Assembly (NCBI GenBank): GCA_021298595.1
Contig: JAJTHL010000003.1
Span: 67,001-131,000, forward strand
Source: Alphaproteobacteria bacterium
Lineage (GTDB): Bacteria > Pseudomonadota > Alphaproteobacteria > Caedimonadales > UBA1908
Direction: 5' to 3'
Length of the DNA stretch: 64,000 bases
The notes beneath the pieces were generated by a model. That model saw nothing but the letters and a program-made list of their open reading frames with translations. It ran no database searches and had not been told where the DNA came from. Numbering within the stretch: position 1 is the first letter of the stretch; every line of letters begins with the position of its first letter. A program made the translations under genes and the position numbers. Below, one piece after another: positions 51,070 to 58,573 of this stretch.

Positions 51070-52392
51070 ATGGAATTTTTGGAGAAAAAAATGAAAAAAT
51101 CTCACTTTCCTTTTATTCTGATGCTGGCGCTTTGGCCACTTCAAGTATTTGCGGATGCATCGCCCCCTGCGCCCCACATTGACTCTGGTAACACAGCTTG
51201 GCTGTTGGTTTCCGCGGCGCTCGTGATGCTCATGACACCAGGTCTAGCCTTTTTCTATGCCGGGATGGTGAATAAAAAGAACGTGGTATCCACGCTTCTT
51301 CAAAACTACATTGCCCTTGCGCTCGTGGGACTCTTGTGGGTGGTGATTGGGTACAGTTTGGTTTTTTCAGAAGGAAATGGGGTGATAGGTGGTCTTGGTT
51401 ATCTATTTTTAAAAGGCCAAGTAGGCACCGTTTATGCGGCAGGTAACGTACCAAACATGGCTTACATGGCTTTTCAGATGATGTTTGCCATCATCACGCC
51501 CGCTCTGATTACAGGGGCCTTTGCTGAACGTGTCAGATTCAAGGGATGGCTTTTTATCATGGCACTTTGGAGCCTTCTTGTGTACGTCCCAGTCGCACAC
51601 TGGGTATGGGGACCAAAGGGATGGATTGCTGAATTAGGGGGCATTGACTTTGCCGGTGGTCTTGTTGTGCATATTACCGCGGGCTTTTCAGGACTTGTGG
51701 CTGCTATCCTCTTTGGCAAGCGTCACAATAAGTCCACTCACGCAAAACCCTATGACGTTTCCATGATTATGCTAGGCGCCGCTCTACTGTGGTTTGGCTG
51801 GTTTGGCTTCAACGCAGGCTCGGCCATCACGTCTGGCGCTCTCGCCGCCCACGCATTTGTTTTGACCTTTGTGGGCGCAGCCACCAGCTTTGTTGTGTGG
51901 ATGCTTGTGGATTGGATGGTGACTGGTAAACCCTCCGCCGTAGGCGCTGCAACCGGCATTGTTGTGGGACTTGTGTGTATTACCCCGGCTGCCGGGTTCG
52001 TCGAGCTCGACGGCGCCATTATTATGTGCGCCATCGCTGGCGTTGTGTGTAACCTTGCCGGAAGACAAATCAAGAAAATAAGCCACCTTGATGACGCCCT
52101 TGACGTTTTTACGTGTCACGGCATTGGCGCAGTGATCGGGTCTGTGCTCACGGGCGCTTACGCTTCTAAGCTTGTCAATGACGCAGTGTCTGTTCAAGGC
52201 CTTTTTGTCAGCGGAGAAACAAAGACCTTTATGGCTAATCTCATTGGTGTGATTGCTGTGTCCATATATTCGATGCTGGCCACCTACATCATCATCAAAA
52301 TCGTGAATGTGTTTACTCCCATCAAAGCCACCATTGAAGAGCAAACGTCTGGCCTTGATAGCACAATGCACGGAGAGCAAGCTAAAGATTAG
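51070..52392 (+). CDS. amtB: Ammonium transporter AmtB
   Basis: Signal peptide, DSGNTAWLLVSAALVMLMTPGLAFFYAGMV, DFAGGLVVHITAGFSGL, GWFGFNAGS, and a conserved His pair region (CHGIGAVIG). Confidence 0.96.
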   Translation: MEFLEKKMKKSHFPFILMLALWPLQVFADASPPAPHIDSGNTAWLLVSAALVMLMTPGLAFFYAGMVNKKNVVSTLLQNYIALALVGLLWVVIGYSLVFSEGNGVIGGLGYLFLKGQVGTVYAAGNVPNMAYMAFQMMFAIITPALITGAFAERVRFKGWLFIMALWSLLVYVPVAHWVWGPKGWIAELGGIDFAGGLVVHITAGFSGLVAAILFGKRHNKSTHAKPYDVSMIMLGAALLWFGWFGFNAGSAITSGALAAHAFVLTFVGAATSFVVWMLVDWMVTGKPSAVGAATGIVVGLVCITPAAGFVELDGAIIMCAIAGVVCNLAGRQIKKISHLDDALDVFTCHGIGAVIGSVLTGAYASKLVNDAVSVQGLFVSGETKTFMANLIGVIAVSIYSMLATYIIIKIVNVFTPIKATIEEQTSGLDSTMHGEQAKD

Positions 52393-52398
52393 CAAGGC

Positions 52399-52442
52399 AA
52401 AGTGCCATGGCAGTGCCCCGAGTGCGCCCGCCATGGCACTTT
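52399..52442 (+). terminator. Long hairpin between amtB and glnA (13-bp perfect stem)
   Basis: AAAGTGCCATGGC-18 nt loop-GCCATGGCACTTT, starting 7 nt after the amtB TAG. Only a 3-T tail, so it could be a terminator, attenuator or processing site. Confidence 0.45.
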
Positions 52443-52575
52443 AAGTCATGTTCAAATGTGTCGAAATACCGGTGTATTGACAATACGTACCACTCTTTTC
52501 CAGCAACTTTCGTAAACCAACCGGGATTTAATCATTTATTAAACAGAATACTCTAGAATAAATAGAAATGCATAC

Positions 52576-54015
52576 ATGAGGACAAAAAAAATGACAGAAG
52601 GCAGTGATATAAAGAAATTTCTCAAAGATCTTTCAGACTCAAACACAGAGTTCGTTGACTTTAGGTACACAGATATGACGGGGATGTGGCGTACAATCAC
52701 ATATCATCAAAGCATTCTATCGGAATCCGTCTTTAATGATGGCATTATGTTTGATGGCTCGTCCATTCCTGGATGGCGCGGCATTGAAAACTCCGATATG
52801 GTGCTAAGGCCTGATTTGTCTAAAGTTTACAATGATGTTTATGCGGACCAGCCCACCAAGGTTGTCATTTGCGATGTCATCGACCCCGTTACAAACCAAG
52901 GTTACAGCAGAGATCCCCGCACCGTTGCAAAACGTGCAGAGCAATATCTTCTGTCCACAGGCATTGGTGACAAAGCCTTTTACGGTCCTGAGCCTGAGTT
53001 TTTTGTCTTCGATGAAGTACAATTTAACGTCTCTCCCTTTGAGATTTTTGCTCAGATGCTTTCCAGAGAAACAACCGCCGCCCATGAAGGGGCCTTATTT
53101 AGCTCTCATTTTGACCCCACAACAAGTGGCCAAAAGATTGATAAGGGCAAGGGGTATTGTCAGACTTCTCCCCTAGACCAAGGTACGAATATCCGCGGCC
53201 ACATGCTCAGTGCCATGAAAGAAGCTGGACTTGTGGTGATTAAGCATCACCACGAAGTAGGAACATCACAACATGAGCTCTCTTTTGAGTATGACAAATT
53301 AACGCGCACAGCCGACAATTTGCAGATGTACAAGAACGTTGTGCGAGCAACAGCTTATGCTCAAGGCCAGACAGCCACCTTCATGCCCAAACCTGTCTTT
53401 GATGAAAACGGCTCTGGGATGCACGTCCATATGTCAGTGTGGAAAGGGGACACACCTCTGTTTCTTGGCAATCAATACTGTGACATGTCCGAACTAGGGC
53501 TTTATTTTATTGGGGGCATTCTCAAACACGCAAGAGCCCTTAACGCTTTTACAAACTCCACCACCAACAGCTACAAACGCCTTGTTCCCGGATACGAAGC
53601 GCCTGTGTATCTGGCCTACGCCGCAAACAACCGTTCTGCAGCCATTCGTATCCCGCACGTGGAAAATAAAAAAGCAAAAAGGATCGAAGCACGATTTCCT
53701 GATCCGCTCTCAAACCCTTACTTTGCCTTCTCGGCCATGCTCATGGCAGGTCTTGATGGCATTCAAAACAAAATTCTGCCGGGTGACCCCATGGAACGTA
53801 ACCTTTATGAAGACGAATCTGCACAAAAGAAAAGCATGTGTGGATCGCTGCGAGAAGCCCTAGAAGAACTCAATCGTGATCGGGACTTCCTCTTGAAAGG
53901 GAATGTTTTTGAAAGCGATCTTATCGACGCTTATATCGAGCTTAAACTCAAAGAAGTAGCAGAGCTTGAGCGTCGCCCACACCCTGTGGAATTTAGTCTT
54001 TACTACGCAAGGTAA
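52576..54015 (+). CDS. glnA: Glutamine synthetase type I
   Basis: FVDFRYTDMTGMW, FDGSSIPGW, GPEPEFFVFD, HHHEV, GSGMHVHMSVW, NSYKRLVPGYEAP, NRSAAIRIP. The start could be 52576 or 52591. Confidence 0.97.
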   Translation: MRTKKMTEGSDIKKFLKDLSDSNTEFVDFRYTDMTGMWRTITYHQSILSESVFNDGIMFDGSSIPGWRGIENSDMVLRPDLSKVYNDVYADQPTKVVICDVIDPVTNQGYSRDPRTVAKRAEQYLLSTGIGDKAFYGPEPEFFVFDEVQFNVSPFEIFAQMLSRETTAAHEGALFSSHFDPTTSGQKIDKGKGYCQTSPLDQGTNIRGHMLSAMKEAGLVVIKHHHEVGTSQHELSFEYDKLTRTADNLQMYKNVVRATAYAQGQTATFMPKPVFDENGSGMHVHMSVWKGDTPLFLGNQYCDMSELGLYFIGGILKHARALNAFTNSTTNSYKRLVPGYEAPVYLAYAANNRSAAIRIPHVENKKAKRIEARFPDPLSNPYFAFSAMLMAGLDGIQNKILPGDPMERNLYEDESAQKKSMCGSLREALEELNRDRDFLLKGNVFESDLIDAYIELKLKEVAELERRPHPVEFSLYYAR

Positions 54016-54025
54016 CCCTTCATCA

Positions 54026-54061
54026 GGAGCAGCAAGGACCTTCCTTGCTGCTCCTTCTTTT
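54026..54061 (+). terminator. Rho-independent terminator of glnA
   Basis: GGAGCAGCAAGG-5 nt loop-CCTTGCTGCTCC followed by TTCTTTT. Starts 11 nt after the stop codon. Confidence 0.85.
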
Positions 54062-54154
54062 GTTAACGGCTGTTCCTTTCCCTTTTTAAAATATCTACTT
54101 CCAAGGGTATTGGCTCATTTTTAGCCGTCAAGAAAATGCTCAAGCGCCGCGAAC

Positions 54155-54174
54155 AGGGATCCTCATGGATCCCT
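54155..54174 (-). terminator. Short hairpin downstream of the 54194-55177 gene (possible terminator)
   Basis: AGGGATCC-TCAT-GGATCCCT, an 8-bp stem 20 nt beyond the stop of the minus-strand gene. No U-tract. Confidence 0.3.
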
Positions 54175-54193
54175 CTTGTGGGGTGTGTGGTTT

Positions 54194-55177
54194 TTACTTC
54201 CAACGCGCAGTCGGTAATTTGAGAATTCCTTGGGCATTTGTGCGCAACTTGGCAAGCTCTTCTGAGGTCACGGGCTCGGTTTCATTTCCATACCGCACAA
54301 CCATCAGCTTGAAATAGCGATTGGGATCATTGGTGTACAGTTCGTATGTTGTGGATGTTAACGTATGATGAACAGGTTTTTTTTCGGGTGTTTCTTTCAA
54401 AAAAATAAACGTGCTGGAGCTTTGCCGTTGTTGATCAATTAATAAGTCAACAAAGGAAGCTGGGTCAATGTCTTGGCACCTTGGCACATAGGTTGTGCTA
54501 AAGGGGCTATTGCCAGCAGACGCTTTTGTATGAATTAACTGACCATACTCCACGTCATAAATCATGCATTCGCCGTGATAGTAATCAGCATTTCCCCTCA
54601 GGCCTGTAATGTTGCGAAAAGTTACACCTTTCCACTGCTCACAAGAAGCGCCCTGCAGATGAAAGTCGACAATCCATTCGTGCACAAGCCCCAAATTAAT
54701 GTCAGTAAATTTGTCACGCTCTGTTTTGGGATCCATCCGCAAAGACCATTTTTGCCGAACAAGGGCGTCACTAAAGCCCCAAGGCACCTCCTCTACTGCT
54801 TCACTTGTATGAATGGTACGAGAAGGAGCGCCTTGGGTGCTGCTTGCTGCGGTTGTACTTGTAGATCCCAAGAGAGATGAGGTGGACGGTGAAAAACCTG
54901 AAACAGTGCCAAAAGGTAAGGGTGACGGAGTAGACATGGGGGATTTAGACAAGGCGACTGGTTCTTCGCTTTTAGAGACTGGCACGACTGCCCCTGTTGA
55001 AACCGGCAAGACGGCACTTGTTGATGATGCGTTCGAGAGATCTTCAGGAGGGCTGATGCTGCCTGAGGGGCTAGCCCCGACGTGGGGCTTTTCTTTATCG
55101 TCCGTCCCGTCGCTGGCCAGTCCCGTGCCTTGCCAAAAGCAGCATACCAGCGCAGTATAAATTAATAGGTTTTTCAT
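54194..55177 (-). CDS. Secreted hypothetical protein: signal peptide, about 110-aa Ser/Thr/Pro-rich region, about 190-aa unknown C-terminal domain
   Basis: MKNLLIYTALVCCFWQGTGLA signal peptide. AGGAGG SD 6 nt upstream of the ATG. A low-complexity S/T/P tract, then a Cys-containing globular part beginning VPWGF. Confidence 0.75.
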   Translation of the reverse strand: MKNLLIYTALVCCFWQGTGLASDGTDDKEKPHVGASPSGSISPPEDLSNASSTSAVLPVSTGAVVPVSKSEEPVALSKSPMSTPSPLPFGTVSGFSPSTSSLLGSTSTTAASSTQGAPSRTIHTSEAVEEVPWGFSDALVRQKWSLRMDPKTERDKFTDINLGLVHEWIVDFHLQGASCEQWKGVTFRNITGLRGNADYYHGECMIYDVEYGQLIHTKASAGNSPFSTTYVPRCQDIDPASFVDLLIDQQRQSSSTFIFLKETPEKKPVHHTLTSTTYELYTNDPNRYFKLMVVRYGNETEPVTSEELAKLRTNAQGILKLPTARWK

Positions 55178-55532
55178 TTGATCCGCCTCCTCTTATCCAC
55201 GTTGACTTTTTTATAGATAATTTATTTAAACATGGAACCTTTCCCTTGTCACCATGCCGAGGGGGAAATAAATCGATAGGGATAACTTAAAAAAGATGTT
55301 ATAATTCATTCTTTCTAAGAACCTAAAAATGCGCTCATTCTGGGAAATCACTAACCGTTGCTTTTTCTCTTGCCGCCCACATCCTGTCTTATTGACTAAA
55401 AGTTAAGGGGCATTGGTAATAGGCTTTGTATCACAAACCCCATGGAACGAATCACGTGGTCGAAGGATCAAGAGGAATTGCATCATGCCTTGGGACCCGT
55501 TACTCTAGAAAAATAGCAAAAAGGTGGTGTCT

Positions 55533-56369
55533 ATGGAAAAAGTTTGGCTTGTTACGGGATGCTCAAAGGGATTCGGTCACGTCCTAGTGGACAGACTTCT
55601 TGCCACAACCTCAGATCTGGTGGTCGCCACCGCCCGCACCCTTGACGCCTTGCGCCCTTTTGAAGACGCGCACCGTGACAGAGTCTTGTTGTGTAAGCTT
55701 GATGTCACCCGTGAGGCCGATATCACAGCCTGCGTAGCCCAAGCGACTGAGCGTTTTGGGCGCATTGACGTCCTTGTGAATAACGCCGGCTACGGCCTTG
55801 CTGGCGCCCTAGAAGAATGAGCCATGGACGAGATCAGGCAGATTTTTGACACCAACGTCTTCGGTCTTATGCGCATGACAAAAGAAGTCCTGCCCCACAT
55901 GCGTGGAAAACGAGCGGGCCACATTATTAACATGTCCTCCATTGCGGGACTTGTGTCGGCGGCCGGCATGAGCCTTTACAACAGTACTAAATTCGCCGTC
56001 GAGGGCCTCTGCGAAGGGCTGGCCCTTGAGCTTGCTGATTTTAACATCAAAGTAACCCTCATTGAGCCAGGCCCATTTCGGACGGACTTTGCAGGAGGCT
56101 CTATTCGCATTGCGCCCGTACACCCTGACTACGCCGGCAAAACAGCCGACTACGTGCGTACTTATCTTTCGGAAATGGACCAAGCACAACCTGGCGATCC
56201 CCTTAAGGCGGCGCACCTCATCATGGACTTGGCGCGCATGGAGGCCCCTGCCCTTCGCCTTCTTTTAGGCAACCTTGCGGTTGATCGTCTGCAGGCAAAA
56301 ACAAAGAAACAAGCGGAAGAATTTGCGCGGTACGAAGCCCTTGCCAGATCAGCCGACTTTGATCAATGA
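55533..56369 (+). pseudogene. Short-chain dehydrogenase/reductase (classical SDR) interrupted by one in-frame TGA at 55818-55820
   Basis: The two track ORFs (55524-55820 and 55824-56369) are in the same frame. Together they give a complete SDR: TGCSKGFG, NNAGYG, GALEE-[TGA]-AMDEIRQIFDTNVFG, NMSS, YNSTK, EPGPFRTDF. Confidence 0.85.
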
Positions 56370-56382
56370 TGTTTTCAAGTAG

Positions 56383-58398
56383 TTAGGACTGCTTAGAAAA
56401 ATCTAGGTTCTTGTAATGCCCTAAGAAACTCAGGATCGTTGCGGTAAATTTCCCGGGAGCGCTTTCCTCAAGCTGGTAGACAAAACGGTGCTCATGGTCT
56501 ACACGTCTTGAATACGTGTTCTTGGCTCCCACAAGCGTCTTTAGGCGGCCCGATTTGTAACGTTGCTGCAAGGGATCTGCCTCAATTTCTGAGATATAGA
56601 GATCAATTTTATCTTTGATGTAAGCCGGCATTTTTTTAAGGCTGTCGCGCTGCTTTGTCACGTGCCTGGTGGCAAACCCCCATGTCACTGTTGGGGCCGC
56701 ACTGACAGAGGACGATGACGACCCAGTGGAGGACGATGAAGCAGACGCAAGGGGCGCCGCCGGTAAAGCCGGCTTTGTCTTGCCGTGCCCGAACAGATAC
56801 CGCACATTCATACTTTCTGGCAGCGTAAAGATAGGCCCAGGATTTTCAGCAAAGGCTAAGAAGTGAGCTTTGTTGGCTTGTTTTAAGCGCGCCGCTTGGA
56901 ACAAAGTATGTCTTCTTGACCAGTCCCTGTGAAGAGCCTCTATTTCACGCAATTCTTGGTGCGCACGCGTCACAGGATTAACACTTTGGGGCGCAGAAGA
57001 CAAAGACGTGTGAGAAGATGAGGAGGACGCGGCACCAGATGATGAAGCCGCAGGTGGCGCAGGAACTGATGGCGCAGAAGATGAGGAGGACTCGGCGCCA
57101 GATGATGAAGCCGCAGCTGGCGCAGGAACTGATGGTGCAGAAGACGAAGACGTGTGAGAAGATGAGGAGGACGCGGCGCCAGATGATGAAGCCGTGCGAG
57201 ACGCAGGAACTGACGGCGCAGAGATTCCATGAGGCGCACGCTTAATCTCTGCTTCGAGGGCAACACAAGCACCATAATGTGTGAGCATTTTTTCGCGCAG
57301 GGTGGTAAGCGCCTCGTCTTCTGTTTTCGTGACTTTGTCTAAAAGAGCTTTTGCTTGTGCCCTAACGCTTGATACCACACTAACCTGCATCGCGTGAACT
57401 GTTGAGTCCCTTAGGCCTGCCCTTTGTTTGGTTGTTGAAGGCTTTGCCCCTCGCCGCGCACGCCCCTTGGTGGTTTTTTTGGGTGGCAGTAACTCAGACA
57501 TAATGCTTAGTCTTTCTAAGTCAAACTCGTCCAAATCAGAAAGTGGTATTTTTTTATAGACTGCGAGGGCGCTGTCAAGCTTTCTTTCAGTAATGAAGGA
57601 TAGCGCAGCCAAACGGCAAGCGCTCGGCGTAACTTGCTCTGCCAGCGAGAAATACGTGTCCCAAGCAGTACAGGCGTTCTTATGCTCTCCCAGTTCACTA
57701 TAAATGCTTGCAGCGTTATGGTGAACGGCGGCTGGTAAAGCAAGGGTTCCATTGAACCGCGCATAAAGGTTTTTCACCTCATCGTGCTTCTTAGACATGA
57801 TATAGCTGCGGATAGCGCCAGCAACTAAAGTCCCGTGAGACTTTATCCCTGGGGTTTCAAAATAGTAACGCCAAAAATGACAAGAATCCTCGTAACGCCC
57901 CACTTGATAAAACACAAGTGCGATAGCTGAAGCATGTTCTATATTAATAGATGTCTGGGTCGCGGACGCAATTTCAATAAAACGGTCAAAGTGCTTGGCG
58001 GCAGTTTCAAAATCCTTTGCCCCCACACAAGAAAACGCTGCCTCTTTGAGATAAACCATCATTGGATCTGGCACTTTTTTAAAATACTTTGTCCATATTT
58101 TAGCCGCCATTGCGTAGTCTTCTGCCGAATCAAGGGCTCTTGCATAGGAGATATAGTAATGGGGATCAGGATTGTAAGCAGTCTCAAAGTACTGGCCCCA
58201 AAAGTGAGCAGCCATCTTGAAATCTCTCCATTCTTCAGCGTCACGGGCGTATCCAATGTTGAGATCTTCCCTCGTTGCAGAATAGCTTCTATCTGAGTCT
58301 CTGGATTCGTCCCATGGGAACGACGCCTGCACAACGGGCACGAGACTTGTTCCCAATGACAAAAGAACTGGAAAAGAAAACAGAGAAAGAGACTTCAT
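56383..58398 (-). CDS. Secreted multidomain protein (paralog 1): signal peptide, six TPR-like helical repeats, Ser-rich tandem repeats, conserved middle region, C-terminal YoeB/Txe-like toxin domain
   Basis: MKSLSLFSFPVLLSLGTSLVPVVQA signal. Recurring AxxxW/FxxYF units. The C-terminus DKIDLYISEIEADPL...KNTYSRRVDHEHRFVYQLEE...ILSFLGHY parallels E. coli YoeB KKINELIKDTRRTPF...GFWSRRITEEHRLVYAV...ACRYHY. The track ORF extends to 58416. Confidence 0.85.
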   Translation of the reverse strand: MKSLSLFSFPVLLSLGTSLVPVVQASFPWDESRDSDRSYSATREDLNIGYARDAEEWRDFKMAAHFWGQYFETAYNPDPHYYISYARALDSAEDYAMAAKIWTKYFKKVPDPMMVYLKEAAFSCVGAKDFETAAKHFDRFIEIASATQTSINIEHASAIALVFYQVGRYEDSCHFWRYYFETPGIKSHGTLVAGAIRSYIMSKKHDEVKNLYARFNGTLALPAAVHHNAASIYSELGEHKNACTAWDTYFSLAEQVTPSACRLAALSFITERKLDSALAVYKKIPLSDLDEFDLERLSIMSELLPPKKTTKGRARRGAKPSTTKQRAGLRDSTVHAMQVSVVSSVRAQAKALLDKVTKTEDEALTTLREKMLTHYGACVALEAEIKRAPHGISAPSVPASRTASSSGAASSSSSHTSSSSAPSVPAPAAASSSGAESSSSSAPSVPAPPAASSSGAASSSSSHTSLSSAPQSVNPVTRAHQELREIEALHRDWSRRHTLFQAARLKQANKAHFLAFAENPGPIFTLPESMNVRYLFGHGKTKPALPAAPLASASSSSTGSSSSSVSAAPTVTWGFATRHVTKQRDSLKKMPAYIKDKIDLYISEIEADPLQQRYKSGRLKTLVGAKNTYSRRVDHEHRFVYQLEESAPGKFTATILSFLGHYKNLDFSKQS
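56991..57215 (-). repeat. In-frame tandem repeat of 81, 63 and 81 nt encoding Ser-rich linker units inside paralog 1
   Basis: Plus-strand copies at 56991-57071, 57072-57134 and 57135-57215 share GCGCAGAAGA...TGAGGAGGAC.CGGCGCCAGATGATGAAGCCG...GCGCAGGAACTGA. The middle copy lacks an 18-nt block. They encode (S)APSVPAP.AASSSGA.SSSSS(HTS.SS). Confidence 0.9.
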
Positions 58399-58451
58399 AT
58401 TTAAACTCACGAACAATGAAAAGCAATGAAATATGTCAAAAAATTAAAAAA

Positions 58452-58468
58452 ATGTCAATTAATTTATC
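58452..58468 (-). promoter_or_regulatory. Conserved upstream motif GATAAATTAATTGACAT (contains a TTGACA -35-like box), about 60 nt before the paralog 1 ATG
   Basis: In gene orientation it matches 15 of 17 nt with the motif at the equivalent distance upstream of paralog 2. CATATT lies 17 nt downstream of TTGACA. A second TTGACAT sits at 58433-58439. Confidence 0.4.
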
Positions 58469-58573
58469 AATAAAATGAACTTGCTACAATAAAGAGAATC
58501 AAACTATACATGTGACTTCGTACAAAGACCCATCCAGATCAACAAACTTTGACAATTGATCTGTTCTAAACAC

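Noticed and set aside
55818-55820. TGA read as Trp (genetic code 4) or selenocysteine, instead of a nonsense mutation, in the SDR gene.
   Set aside because: TGA clearly terminates other well-defined genes in the window (pstC at 2381-2383, radA at 14364-14366). The position is not a catalytic site in SDRs. I saw no convincing hairpin immediately downstream that could act as a SECIS.
56991-57215. Regularly spaced repeats as a possible CRISPR array or non-coding satellite.
   Set aside because: The units are directly adjacent with no unique spacers. Their lengths are multiples of three, and they lie inside a long ORF where they encode a Ser-rich linker.
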